A stretch of DNA of 64,000 nt from Candidatus Cloacimonadota bacterium (lineage in GTDB: Bacteria; Cloacimonadota; Cloacimonadia; G963667145): the NCBI GenBank assembly GCA_963667255.1, contig OY762940.1, positions 1,523,897 to 1,587,896 of the forward strand, in the 5' to 3' direction. The stretch's first letter is position 1; each line of letters starts with the position of its first letter. Below the pieces are notes generated by a model, which did not search any database, was not told where the DNA came from, and saw nothing but the letters and a program-made list of their open reading frames with translations. Made by a program: the position numbers and the translations under genes. This document shows, piece by piece, positions 39,034 to 49,277 of this stretch.

Positions 39034-40344
39034 ATGAAAAAATTTCTAACACTTATTGCTGCTTCCTTTTGCGTGTTATCTCTTTCAGCCTTTGACCTTG
39101 ACTGGTCAGGCACAGCCAGAGCCCGCGGAGGAATTGTCAGCAATCCCGACTACAACGACGACTCTCACACGCAAACATGGAGAAGTCAGCGGGTGCAAAT
39201 CTTGATGGAAGGGAAAACCGATGACAATGTCCAATTGTTTTTGGAAGTAAAGTGGGGCGATGGCGACCCGCTAACAGACGCAAACAAAACGGTAAAATTG
39301 AACAAAGCGTATATCTTCGCTCCAAATTTTATCCCAACCGTTGAACTCTCTGCAGGTATTTATCCGTTCGCTGCAAACTCCGGCATGGTCTTGGATGACA
39401 ACTTCTTCGGTTATCATGCGAAAACCACTATTGCCGAAAAATTTGATTTGTCCATTGGCATGTTCCTCATAGACAAAGGCAATAACGACAACGCAGATAA
39501 CGATGCTCATGGTATAGTTGCCAATCTCTCTGCTCCAACCGGCGAAGTCGGAACTCTCGGATTGGATTTCTTGGCAAAAACAAATTGCTTGCCCGAAATT
39601 GAGGTAAAATATTACAATAACAATTCAATCGGCACTTTCAAAACTGACGGGAACTATAAAAGAGGGAATCTATTTTGGTTCAATCCCTACTACAATTTTG
39701 ACGGCAATTCCCTCGGGATAAATGGCGTAACAGTCGATTTCACAGCAACATATATGGTAGGAAGTTGGGATGCAATAAGCTCAACATCCAAAAACATTGA
39801 TGCTCAAGCTTTCGCCGTCAGCTTAAAACCAACCTACACATCCGAGCAAGGAACTGTCGTTGCCTTCGATGTGTTCTATAGCTCTGGTGCAAAGGGCAGC
39901 GATGTAGTCGACGGAGATTACAACGCTTTCATGGGGATTGCTCCAGCTTACTCCAACGGTTTGGAATACTTCGGAGATGGCGGACCAACAGACGAATCTG
40001 TGATAAATTTGGGAGCAAGCAAATTTGGCGATGACAAAACTAACACGCACGGTGCTTTGATGTTAGCATTAGTGTGCGACCAACCCATCATAGACAAACT
40101 CTCCGCTCACGCTGCTATCGGCTGGGCTCAAACGGCTGAAGATGTGATTTGGGTAGAGAATAGCAACAAAAAGAGTAGCAAAGAGTTAGGAACGGAATTT
40201 GATTTGGGCTTCAATTATCAAGCAACGGAGACACTTTGCTTGAAAGTAACCGGAGCATATATCATCCCGGGCGAAGCTCTCTACACCAGTGGGAGCAGTG
40301 ACAATAGAGCACAAGTCGGCTCTTATTTGGAATATTCATTCTAA
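39034..40344 (+). CDS. outer-membrane porin-like protein
   Basis: AGGAG RBS, signal peptide, ELGTEFDLGFNY motif, C-terminal YLEYSF; own terminator. Confidence 0.75.
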   Translation: MKKFLTLIAASFCVLSLSAFDLDWSGTARARGGIVSNPDYNDDSHTQTWRSQRVQILMEGKTDDNVQLFLEVKWGDGDPLTDANKTVKLNKAYIFAPNFIPTVELSAGIYPFAANSGMVLDDNFFGYHAKTTIAEKFDLSIGMFLIDKGNNDNADNDAHGIVANLSAPTGEVGTLGLDFLAKTNCLPEIEVKYYNNNSIGTFKTDGNYKRGNLFWFNPYYNFDGNSLGINGVTVDFTATYMVGSWDAISSTSKNIDAQAFAVSLKPTYTSEQGTVVAFDVFYSSGAKGSDVVDGDYNAFMGIAPAYSNGLEYFGDGGPTDESVINLGASKFGDDKTNTHGALMLALVCDQPIIDKLSAHAAIGWAQTAEDVIWVENSNKKSSKELGTEFDLGFNYQATETLCLKVTGAYIIPGEALYTSGSSDNRAQVGSYLEYSF

Positions 40345-40364
40345 GAATATACATACTACCTCCT

Positions 40365-40397
40365 GCAAGCCTCTGTAAAAAGGGGCTTGCTTTTTTT
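40365..40397 (+). terminator. intrinsic terminator
   Basis: GCAAGCCTCT-GTAAAA-AGGGGCTTGC-T7. Confidence 0.9.
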
Positions 40398-40416
40398 GGG
40401 GAGCAATTCTCCATTC

Positions 40417-40525
40417 CCTCATACTCGTGAAAACAGGCATCCATTCTCATTTTCGTGCTTACGCAACAACTGCATGTAAATCCCAAACCCAACTCAACTG
40501 GTTTCCCGCCTACGCGGGAATGAGG
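40417..40525. repeat. degenerate REP-like inverted doublet (TTCCC-N8-GGGAAT type)
   Basis: TGGTTTCCCGCCTACGCGGGAATGAGG at 40499-40525; decayed inverted partner at 40417-40443. Confidence 0.6.
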
Positions 40526-40581
40526 ATAGTAAAGTATAGGAAGTAAAGAACACGCTTTTTCTTCTGCCATGACCAAAGAAA

Positions 40582-40663
40582 CTCTTGCTCCCAAGCCGGA
40601 GCTTGGGAGTATATTTGTTCCAAATTTCCCGTATGCATTCCCAAGCTGGAGCTTGGGAATGAG
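40582..40663. repeat. pair of REP-like palindromes TCCCAAGC(C/T)GGAGCTTGGGA
   Basis: CTCCCAAGCCGGAGCTTGGGAG and CATTCCCAAGCTGGAGCTTGGGAATG about 25 nt apart. Confidence 0.8.
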
Positions 40664-40702
40664 GGAAAAAGGAAAAAAATAATTTCTATCTAAAACTATA
40701 TG

Positions 40703-43546
40703 TTAGGGAGTAAGCCCATTAGCTATATTTTTTAGGATTTGCCTTCCAGCAAGACCAATATAGCCTCCTGATTTTGTTGATTGTTTAAATGTCCATTGTA
40801 ATTGACTAATAATAACAAATCTACCCTCTCCATGTTTCCATTCTCTAATAGTATTTACTTCAGTACCAACATTCCATCCTGTACCAAATCCTTTGGCTAA
40901 ATATCTATCTGGCTCTACCTTCCAACCTGTAACACCATATCTACCAGTATAACTTTTTGAATTATCAACTCTAAAAACTAAAAAATCAAAATCCTCTGAT
41001 GCCCAATAAGAAACACTTTTTGACTGAGGCTCAATATCAGTTGTTTTAACACCTTTCAATAAAGGTTCATTAGGATTAATGTATGTTAAAAATTGACCGT
41101 CTTTCAGTGATGGGTACCACCCCCCTAATTTACCAAAACTTATTACACTATTAAAATGACTTATAATTTCAGAACTTGCATTACTATTTGAAATATAAGT
41201 AGCACCATCATTAACTCTATCAATTATTCTTTTTGCAACAACATCATCAAGATTTGAAATATTACTCAATCCACCGTAAATAAAACTTGCAATTACTTTA
41301 TATTCATTTAAATTTACTTTATCATTTTTTATCTGTTCTCCATCGATGAGATCAACAGAAGTTTCTTCAGTCATAATTTTATAAAATTCATTACTTACTA
41401 CATCAATATTATTTACATCATTTACCAACAAAGCTACACTTCCACCACTACCATTCTTTGTCGTAAAACTCCTCACAGCACTTTCCACACTCTTACCGTC
41501 TTTCTTGCCTATTACTTTCCAATAATAAGTGGTACCTCTATCCAAACATGGGATTCTGCAAGTTTTTCCAGAAAAATCAGTTAATACTTTATTCAAGTTC
41601 CCATTGTTTTTTCCAAAATAAACATCATAAGTTTCAACATTACCATGCCACTTTAGAGTAACACTAGTATCATGATTAGTAACACCATTTGCTGGAGAAG
41701 TGAGAACTACATTAATATCACTTAAACTACTTGCTGTAGTAAATTGCCTAACATCACTTTCCTTACTTTCATTACCTCTTTTGGCTATTACCTTCCAATA
41801 ATAAGTTTTACCTGCTGTAAGATTGGTAATTTGATATTGTTTATCAGTAATAGTGCTTGTATTGTGTTTGGTCAAATTGTTACTGCTTTCTCCAAAATAA
41901 AAATCGTATTCGTCTCCATTACCAGACCATACAAAATAAGTAGAAGTTTTTTGCATAGACACAGCATTTACAGGTGAAGTAAGAGAAATATATAAAGGAA
42001 CAGTAATTATTTCGGTATTATCAATATTTTTATCAGCAAAATTTACAGTATAGACGAGATTAGAGGGTGCAAAACTTAGACTAGCTAAAAAAGGACCTAA
42101 ATCATTAATTGCATCGAGTGCCATAACAGCCCAACCATAAGGATTTGAAACTTTTGCCGTAAATTTTGCAACGATTTTTGCTACGAAAGTTTTTGTTTTT
42201 TCATTAACAGCTTTTTTAGCATGCTTTTTAATAATGTCATTTACAGCACTACTGGCAACTATATTACCGGCTGTTTCAAATATAGAAGAAATATTAGAAC
42301 CTGAAATAGGGTCTGCTAAATTTATTGAAGAGGCTAAACTTGAAATTTCTGAAGCAACTTCTAATAGTGCAGCCTTAGTTGATAAAGTATTTGCAAAAAG
42401 CTCAAAGATAGAGCCATCAGCTACCAAATTGGCAATAGCGGTTGACAAATGAAGAAGATTAACTCCAGTTAAACCCCAATAACGAAGTTCTCTCCAATTA
42501 CTCCCCCAAAATTTCCTAATCTTTATGATATAATTTTTTGAAGGGTCAAAAGTAAAATTCAAATCTGTTTGCAAATAGGTCAAAGCTGCACCGGAATTTC
42601 TAAGTTTTTGAAGCATTGTGGAATTGCGACCTACAAATCGCCAATCCAAAAAATTACCACTTTCATCATAAATGTCTGCAATATAAGAAATATTAGTAGG
42701 ATTCCCCAAAGCATATTTCTTGGAACTTGATACAGAACTCTTATTGGAAATTGCCACAAATGTAGGTTCTACAACTTTTATTTTTGATGCTGTGCCATAC
42801 CAAATCCAAGGTTCATAAGTATTCCATGGACTTATGTATGCAAACTTATCTTCCACTCCAGTTATTCTGCTAAAAAGTATATTATTACTGGTTTGGATGC
42901 TTGAAGCATAAGAATTATAAACCGTTTCGGCTATATTTTTAATTTTTACCACAATATTAGGATACTTCATTATTTTATCAAGAAAAGTATTGTCCTTTTC
43001 CCATTCAGTAAGCAATAACTCTTGAAGTGCTGCAAATTCGGTATTTTCTAACACTTTCGTAATTAATGCCGCCTTATCTGTGGCATCTTCTATTCCTCCC
43101 ATTCGCATCATTACCAGAGCCAAGGCAGTAGAACGAATAGAAACTTCCACAGAACTGGTAGAAAAAGAATAGCTGTTTTTCAGTCCAATGTTGTTCGCAA
43201 GTATATTTTTTTGTAATTTAGTAGGAAGAGCATATCCGAGAAAAATAGTATTCCCTGATGCATCTTCAGCCATCACAACAGAAGGCTTTTCATTTGACAA
43301 TATTTTTGCCTCATCTGCCACAAAAGAGGTTATTTTTATATCATTTTTAGAAACTGTAGCATTTTCAGGTAAATCTATTTCGTAAGTAAAAGATTCTTCA
43401 CCTCCCAAAGAAACTTCTTCTGTAGCATCATCAGTAGATGTTTCCTTATTCGGATTCCCAGTAGAACTACTGCACCCACCATCACACGAAAATAAAAACA
43501 ATACTAAAGCAAAACTTAAATACAATAAAACTCTTCTTGACTTCAT
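40703..43546 (-). CDS. large AT-rich lipoprotein with two FN3-like repeats
   Basis: MKSRR...LFLFSC lipobox; two LTSP.N....YD.YFG....TYYWKVI....FTT repeats; the frame also extends up to 43645. Confidence 0.8.
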   Translation of the reverse strand: MKSRRVLLYLSFALVLFLFSCDGGCSSSTGNPNKETSTDDATEEVSLGGEESFTYEIDLPENATVSKNDIKITSFVADEAKILSNEKPSVVMAEDASGNTIFLGYALPTKLQKNILANNIGLKNSYSFSTSSVEVSIRSTALALVMMRMGGIEDATDKAALITKVLENTEFAALQELLLTEWEKDNTFLDKIMKYPNIVVKIKNIAETVYNSYASSIQTSNNILFSRITGVEDKFAYISPWNTYEPWIWYGTASKIKVVEPTFVAISNKSSVSSSKKYALGNPTNISYIADIYDESGNFLDWRFVGRNSTMLQKLRNSGAALTYLQTDLNFTFDPSKNYIIKIRKFWGSNWRELRYWGLTGVNLLHLSTAIANLVADGSIFELFANTLSTKAALLEVASEISSLASSINLADPISGSNISSIFETAGNIVASSAVNDIIKKHAKKAVNEKTKTFVAKIVAKFTAKVSNPYGWAVMALDAINDLGPFLASLSFAPSNLVYTVNFADKNIDNTEIITVPLYISLTSPVNAVSMQKTSTYFVWSGNGDEYDFYFGESSNNLTKHNTSTITDKQYQITNLTAGKTYYWKVIAKRGNESKESDVRQFTTASSLSDINVVLTSPANGVTNHDTSVTLKWHGNVETYDVYFGKNNGNLNKVLTDFSGKTCRIPCLDRGTTYYWKVIGKKDGKSVESAVRSFTTKNGSGGSVALLVNDVNNIDVVSNEFYKIMTEETSVDLIDGEQIKNDKVNLNEYKVIASFIYGGLSNISNLDDVVAKRIIDRVNDGATYISNSNASSEIISHFNSVISFGKLGGWYPSLKDGQFLTYINPNEPLLKGVKTTDIEPQSKSVSYWASEDFDFLVFRVDNSKSYTGRYGVTGWKVEPDRYLAKGFGTGWNVGTEVNTIREWKHGEGRFVIISQLQWTFKQSTKSGGYIGLAGRQILKNIANGLTP

Positions 43547-43779
43547 CAAAACACCTCTGACTTTATGATTTTGAGAGACTGATATTACAATTCTAAAATA
43601 ATGTAAAGGACAAAATCTTTTTTTTACCCCCCCCCCCATATTCATAATTCCTTATATATCAGTCAATTATGTCAAGCAATTAGTTATAAACAGAAATAAC
43701 AAGCTTCCAAGTAATATTTGACAAATTCCCCCCAACTTCGACGAATAAAATCAATACTATTTTCACGAAGGAGACACAA

Positions 43780-44319
43780 ATGATTACACGAGAAAGAGCT
43801 TTCCAATTGTTAGACGAATATCTGCAAAACGAAAACCTGCGGAACCACAGCTTGGCTGTCGCCTACATTATGGAGGGACTTGCCAAAGCCACAAACAACG
43901 ATGCTGACAAGTGGTTCATCACTGGGCTGTTACACGATTTGGATTACGAAGAGACTAAGGACAAGCCAGAACTACACGCTCTCAAAACCGCCGAATATCT
44001 GCAAAATGAAGATGTTGAAAACGATGTTTTGAATGCCATAAAAGCTCACAATTGTCTCGCTGAAAAGACCGATTTATTGAGCAAGCATCTTTGGGCGAGC
44101 GACCCTGTTTCCGGTTTGGTAATCGCCGCAGCGTTGATGAACCCCGAGAAGAAAGTGGAAGCTGTGCAACTGAAATCGCTCAAGAAAAAATTCAAATCGA
44201 CCAGTTTCGCCAAAGGTGCAAATCGCGAGCAAATCGCCGACTGCAAAGACTTTGGAATGGAGTTGGAAGAGTTCTTGCAACTATCTATCGATGCGATGAG
44301 CGGGAAAGATTTGCTGTAA
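43780..44319 (+). CDS. HD/HDIG-domain hydrolase
   Basis: NHSLAV, GLLHDLDYE, AIKAHN, FAKGANRE. Confidence 0.9.
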   Translation: MITRERAFQLLDEYLQNENLRNHSLAVAYIMEGLAKATNNDADKWFITGLLHDLDYEETKDKPELHALKTAEYLQNEDVENDVLNAIKAHNCLAEKTDLLSKHLWASDPVSGLVIAAALMNPEKKVEAVQLKSLKKKFKSTSFAKGANREQIADCKDFGMELEEFLQLSIDAMSGKDLL

Positions 44320-44321
44320 AA

Positions 44322-45368
44322 TTACCCTAACTCGCCACCACCGATGAGCAAATCGCCTTGGTAAAAAACCGCCGACTGCCCGGGAGCGATAGCCTTTAGC
44401 GGACTTACCGTTTGCACAAGATAACCTTTGCCTTTGGGAGAGACAAAATCTACCGCGACAGGCTTGGTATTGTAGCAAGTTTGCACGGTCAGATTTCCCA
44501 AATTCTCGATGTCGTTGTCCCAAAAATTCGTGTTCTTTATGTAAAATGTGGAAGTTGAAAGCAAATTCCTATCCTCCACAACAGTAATCGCATTGGTTTT
44601 AGCATCTTTGGACTTCACATACAGGGGCGTTTCGTGGGGCAACGCCAAGCCTCGTCTCTGCCCGATGGTGTAATAAGCGATGCCCTTGTGTTCACCTATC
44701 TTCTGCCCATTCAAACGAATATGACCTGGATTAGTCCCAATGAGCCTATTCAGAAGCTCTTTGTAATCGTTCTCAATGAAGCAAACGCCCTGACTCTCGC
44801 TCGTATTCGCCACCAAACCGAGTTGCAAAGCCAAAGCTTTGATGTCTGCTTTTTTCAACTCTGAAAGCGGGAAAAACATCCGCGAGATTTGTTCCTGTGA
44901 TAACCGCCAAAAAAAATAGGTTTGGTCTTTCGTGTCGTCCTGTGCCTTATAAATCTTGCAGCTACCGTTCTCAACCTTCACTTTGGCATAATGACCGCTG
45001 GCAACTTTGTCAAAACCCTTGTTTATCAAGCGATTAACAAACACGCCCCACTTGATATGAAAATTGCAATCTACACACGGATTAGGTGTCAACCCCGCTT
45101 GATATTTGGACAAAAACGGTTGCAAAACCGCCTTGCTAAACTCATCACTCAAATCAATCACTTCAAAAGGCAATTGCAACTTTTCCGCAACGGCTCGCGA
45201 TTTTTCGATTGTTTGCTCATTGCCGCGACCTTCGAGGAAGCCCAACAGTTTATCATCAAATAGTTTCATGGTAAAGCAGTGAACGGCATAGCCTTGCTGT
45301 TGCAAGATGTAGGCACAAACCGACGAATCTATGCCTCCAGACAACGCCAATGCGATTTTCTTCTTCAT
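44322..45368 (-). CDS. mnmA: tRNA 2-thiouridine synthase
   Basis: ALSGGIDSSV, TPNPCVDCN, SGHYA, DQTYF, YTIGQRRG, PGQSAVFY. Confidence 0.96.
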   Translation of the reverse strand: MKKKIALALSGGIDSSVCAYILQQQGYAVHCFTMKLFDDKLLGFLEGRGNEQTIEKSRAVAEKLQLPFEVIDLSDEFSKAVLQPFLSKYQAGLTPNPCVDCNFHIKWGVFVNRLINKGFDKVASGHYAKVKVENGSCKIYKAQDDTKDQTYFFWRLSQEQISRMFFPLSELKKADIKALALQLGLVANTSESQGVCFIENDYKELLNRLIGTNPGHIRLNGQKIGEHKGIAYYTIGQRRGLALPHETPLYVKSKDAKTNAITVVEDRNLLSTSTFYIKNTNFWDNDIENLGNLTVQTCYNTKPVAVDFVSPKGKGYLVQTVSPLKAIAPGQSAVFYQGDLLIGGGELG

Positions 45369-46090
45369 TTATTCAGCGTTGCCCTTGCCATCTCTAAATC
45401 TTCGGGTGTGTCGATGCCCACGACTTTGTCATCAACCAGTGCCATTTTTATTCGTTTACCCATCTGCAAAAACCGCAACTGCTCCAAGTTCTCCGCAATC
45501 TCCAGCGAAGTTTTGTCACTATTGACGAACTCTTGCAAAATGGCTTTGCGATAGGCATACAGACCGATGTGCCCGAAATAATCAACCGCATTCGCATCAC
45601 GATTGTAGGGAATAGCGTTTCTGGAAAAGTAAAGAGCAAAATTTTGCAAATCGCAAACGACCTTAACGCAATTCGGATTGTTTATAGCCTCTTCATTTTC
45701 AAGCAAATACATCGCAGAGCCAACATCTGTCTTGTCATCTTCAAACAATCGCAAAACAGACGAAACAGCCTCTTTGGACAAAAACGGTTCATCGCCCTGA
45801 ATATTGAAAACGATGTCGCAATCGGCATTTTGCACCACTTCCCAAATCCTATCACTGCCCGTGCGATGCTCCGCCGAAGTGAGCACCACCTCTCCGCCAA
45901 AATCACGCACACAAGAGAAAATCCGCTCATCATCAGTCGCCACAACTACTTTATCAAAAATGCCAAAATCACGAGCATTTTCGTAAACCAGCTGTATTAG
46001 CGGTTTACCGCACAAATCGGCCAACGGCTTGCCCGGAAGCCGAGTCGAAGCAAAACGAGCAGGGATAACTGCCCAAATTTTTTTACTCAT
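45365..46090 (-). CDS. kdsB: CMP-KDO synthetase
   Basis: IPARFASTRLPGKPL, NIQGDEP, ALYFSR, LEQLR. Confidence 0.96.
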   Translation of the reverse strand: MSKKIWAVIPARFASTRLPGKPLADLCGKPLIQLVYENARDFGIFDKVVVATDDERIFSCVRDFGGEVVLTSAEHRTGSDRIWEVVQNADCDIVFNIQGDEPFLSKEAVSSVLRLFEDDKTDVGSAMYLLENEEAINNPNCVKVVCDLQNFALYFSRNAIPYNRDANAVDYFGHIGLYAYRKAILQEFVNSDKTSLEIAENLEQLRFLQMGKRIKMALVDDKVVGIDTPEDLEMARATLNK

Positions 46091-47387
46091 CGCTCTCTCC
46101 TACCAATTCACCTTTCAGAGTCCAACCAGTCGCTGAAGTTATTTTGACCTTCACATATTTGCCTATCAAATCAACATCTCCCGCAAAAATCACAACCTTA
46201 AAATCTTCGGACTTGCCAGCCAACTCAGCCGAATTTTTCTTGCTGATTTTCTCCACCAACACTTCCTTGATTTTGCCAATCTGCTCCTCATACTTTTGCG
46301 TTGTTATCTCATTTTGCACTTCGATAATCTCCTGCAACCTCTTCAACCTTTCCTGTTCAGGAATTTGGTCAGCAAAGGTAGCAGCTGTTGTTCCCTCTCG
46401 CGGAGAATATTTGTAGAGGAAAGCATAATCGAAACGGATTTTTTGCAACATCGTGACAGTGTCCAAATATTGCTCATGAGTCTCGCCGGGGAAGCCCACG
46501 ATAATATCCGTGGTAATGGCAATATCGGGAATAGCTTTACGCAAATCGTTCACCATCTGCAAATATTGAGCAGAAGTATATTTGCGATTCATTCGTTGCA
46601 AAATTGCATCGTTGCCCGACTGCAAAGCGACATGAATATGCGGACAAATCTTGGGGAAATTTTTCATCGTCTCGATTAACTCGGGGGTAATATCCTTGGG
46701 ATGAGAGGTCACAAAACGGATTCTTTTCACACCGTCAATTTCGGACAATTTCTGGAGCAAGCCCGAAAAATTAAGTTCATCATAAGAATAAGAGTTTACA
46801 TTTTGTCCCAGTAGCGTAATGTCAGAAAAACCGTGCTCAACAGCGTCGGACACATCTTTGAGAATCTCCGAAAAAGGTCGCGACCGCTCTCTGCCACGAA
46901 GATGCGGGACTATGCAGTAAGTGCAAAAATTGTCGCAACCTCGCATAATCGTCACATAGGCGGTAAAATCCTCAAAACGAACTGGAACCAAAGATTCGTA
47001 AATCTGTCCCGAGTCAAAATCCGCACTCAAAATATTTTTCTCCAAGCCCAATGACTCCACTATTTTAGGCAAATATTGATATTTGTCCACACCCACGACA
47101 AAATCTACACCGTGCTCAAACAACTCCCCTTGCAGTCGCTGAGCCATACAACCTATCACTCCCAAATAGAAATTGTCTTTTTTCTCTTTGAACGACAACA
47201 AACTGGCTATCCGCCCCAAAACCCGCTGTTCTGCGTGTTCCCGAACACTGCAAGTATTAAATATCACCAAATCCGCCTGCTCAACATCGTCCACCATCGT
47301 ATGCTCGGCATCCTGCAAAATCCCCGCCACCAACTGGCTATCGGCAATATTCATCTGGCAGCCGTAAGTTTCTATCTTAATCTTCAT
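46083..47387 (-). CDS. miaB: tRNA methylthiotransferase
   Basis: TYGCQMN, NTCSVRE, GCDNFCTYCIVP, LLGQNVNSY, TRAM domain. Confidence 0.96.
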   Translation of the reverse strand: MKIKIETYGCQMNIADSQLVAGILQDAEHTMVDDVEQADLVIFNTCSVREHAEQRVLGRIASLLSFKEKKDNFYLGVIGCMAQRLQGELFEHGVDFVVGVDKYQYLPKIVESLGLEKNILSADFDSGQIYESLVPVRFEDFTAYVTIMRGCDNFCTYCIVPHLRGRERSRPFSEILKDVSDAVEHGFSDITLLGQNVNSYSYDELNFSGLLQKLSEIDGVKRIRFVTSHPKDITPELIETMKNFPKICPHIHVALQSGNDAILQRMNRKYTSAQYLQMVNDLRKAIPDIAITTDIIVGFPGETHEQYLDTVTMLQKIRFDYAFLYKYSPREGTTAATFADQIPEQERLKRLQEIIEVQNEITTQKYEEQIGKIKEVLVEKISKKNSAELAGKSEDFKVVIFAGDVDLIGKYVKVKITSATGWTLKGELVGESDE

Positions 47388-47468
47388 TCACTTTCCTATC
47401 ATCGTGCTATTTTTATTGCAAAGTGAAAAATGGAGAAAATCGGTCAAGAATGTTTGAAGATTTTGCTC

Positions 47469-47504
47469 AAAAAAAACACCTTCCAAAAATAATTTGAAAA
47501 GTGC
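47469..47504 (-). terminator. intrinsic terminator closing the 11-gene operon
   Basis: Minus strand GCACTTTTCAAA-TTATT-TTTGGAAGGTGT followed by a T run; 12-bp stem with G-U pairs. Confidence 0.7.
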
Positions 47505-47525
47505 TTTTTGTTTAGATTCGGAAAA

Positions 47526-49277
47526 CTACTCTTCCCAACACCACTTTGCATCTGGTTTGCTAAACGAGCGATTGACAATATCGGGATTGTAATCTTGTTT
47601 ATAAAATTTTTTGTAAAATTCTTGGGCACCTTTGAGCATATCAAAATCAAAAATATGCGGATAAAGTTTTTGAGCAATGAACATAATTCCCAAAATTATT
47701 CGCGGAGAACCAAAGTCCCAAACCTTTGGAACAAGAAAAATATTTTGATTTTTTTTGGCTTTTATTTGCAAATTGCTTTTCTCCAATTTATTGTAAATAG
47801 CCGATAAATCATCAGCCAAAAATCCTGAAATGAAAATGAAATCGGGGTTTAAACTTTCTAACTCCTTGTCTAAAATAAGAAACCCGGGGCGACTTTTTTT
47901 CTCGGCTATAGTTTTATTCAAACTTATTCCGCCTGCCAATTCCACCAATTTATTCTCCAATCTCTCCGATTTCAAAACAAAATTTGGCTGTCCCATACAA
48001 TACAAAACTTTTTTTCGCTCACTTTTTGGAGGGATTTTTTCGGCTATTAAGTCCAACTTTGCCCTAAAATATTTTGTCAAATCTTGAGCCTCTTTTCCCC
48101 TATCCAACAAAATCCCAAATTTTTCTATCAATTTCAAATATGCTTCCACATCTTGCAATTGTTCGTGAAAATCTTTGAAATTTTCTATCTTCAACATCGT
48201 TTGCCAAAGTTTAATCATCTTGCTGTGTTTGGTCTCTTGCAAGGCGATAGCAATCGCTTCCATCATATCCAAAGCTCTGGTAAATGGATAACCTCCGCTA
48301 AAACCGGACTCACTGAAAATTTCTTCGTTTGGCAAATTCGCACCAACAATATTTTTGGAGCAATTGTCGCACTTGGATAAATCAAGGGAAACGGATCTCA
48401 CTTTTGCTCCCATCGGACCGTAAAAATCCCTTTTGTATAAGAGATTGCCACACTCTTTGCAAGCAGTATTCAGCAAGTCCGTTCCCGGAGAATTAAACAA
48501 ATATACAAAATCCAAAATCGATTTTAACTCCTCGACAAATTTTTCCGACTCATAAATGGAAGGCTCAAATTGCGGAAGAGAATCTTCCAAAGGAATAAAT
48601 CGCATTAACTGAAGTGGAATAGATTTACTCAAATTGGCAATTTCACAAGCGGTTTCCTTCAAACTTGCTTCACTTCCTTTGCTGTGAATAACCGCAATTT
48701 CCACATGAACACCCTTTTCATAAGCAGAGAGAATATTGGAAAAAACTGCCTTTTTCTCTGCCAAATTGGAATAAGCTTTTACTCCGAAATTTATAAAATC
48801 AAGATATGGCAAAAGTTTGGCAAAAGCCGTTTGAGTAAACAAAGCATTGCTCGCACAACCGATTTTCAAATTGTGCTTTTTCGCCTCCCGAGCAAGTGCC
48901 AAAAAAGTATAAAAAGAAGCGATTGGGTCGTTTATCAAAAAAGTGATGCCCAAACATTTTTCTTCCATTGCTTTTTGGACAATTTCCTTTGGCGAAAAGT
49001 GATAAAGAAAATCCTCGTTCCCCGCAATTCCTTTGGCGATAATTTTGGCAACACAGCCTTTGCAATTTAGATTGCAGCCGAAAGTGGTAACCTGAAAAAA
49101 TCTGCCTTGCGGATAATAGTGCAACATCGGCATAGTTTCGATGGAAATCGGACAACAAGTCAAATATCTGTCAGGAAATCGCTCCTTTATCTCACTTCCG
49201 TCAAAATAGTAATTTCCGCACCTCCCGTAAGATTTTTCGCTTAGCTCACAGCCAAACACACAAATATCACATTTCAT
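47526..49277 (-). CDS. radical SAM protein (AmmeMemoRadiSam/PFL-activase-like) fused to a C-terminal class III binding-protein domain
   Basis: CDICVFGC...GRC, GCNLNCKGC (CX3CX2C), CKECG; C-terminal LVELAGG...LNPDFIF...WDFGSPRIILG...LYP. Confidence 0.85.
   Translation of the reverse strand: MKCDICVFGCELSEKSYGRCGNYYFDGSEIKERFPDRYLTCCPISIETMPMLHYYPQGRFFQVTTFGCNLNCKGCVAKIIAKGIAGNEDFLYHFSPKEIVQKAMEEKCLGITFLINDPIASFYTFLALAREAKKHNLKIGCASNALFTQTAFAKLLPYLDFINFGVKAYSNLAEKKAVFSNILSAYEKGVHVEIAVIHSKGSEASLKETACEIANLSKSIPLQLMRFIPLEDSLPQFEPSIYESEKFVEELKSILDFVYLFNSPGTDLLNTACKECGNLLYKRDFYGPMGAKVRSVSLDLSKCDNCSKNIVGANLPNEEIFSESGFSGGYPFTRALDMMEAIAIALQETKHSKMIKLWQTMLKIENFKDFHEQLQDVEAYLKLIEKFGILLDRGKEAQDLTKYFRAKLDLIAEKIPPKSERKKVLYCMGQPNFVLKSERLENKLVELAGGISLNKTIAEKKSRPGFLILDKELESLNPDFIFISGFLADDLSAIYNKLEKSNLQIKAKKNQNIFLVPKVWDFGSPRIILGIMFIAQKLYPHIFDFDMLKGAQEFYKKFYKQDYNPDIVNRSFSKPDAKWCWEE

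Noticed and set aside
40582..40663. Mini CRISPR array
   Set aside because: Only two palindromes, a short spacer and no cas genes; REP-like instead
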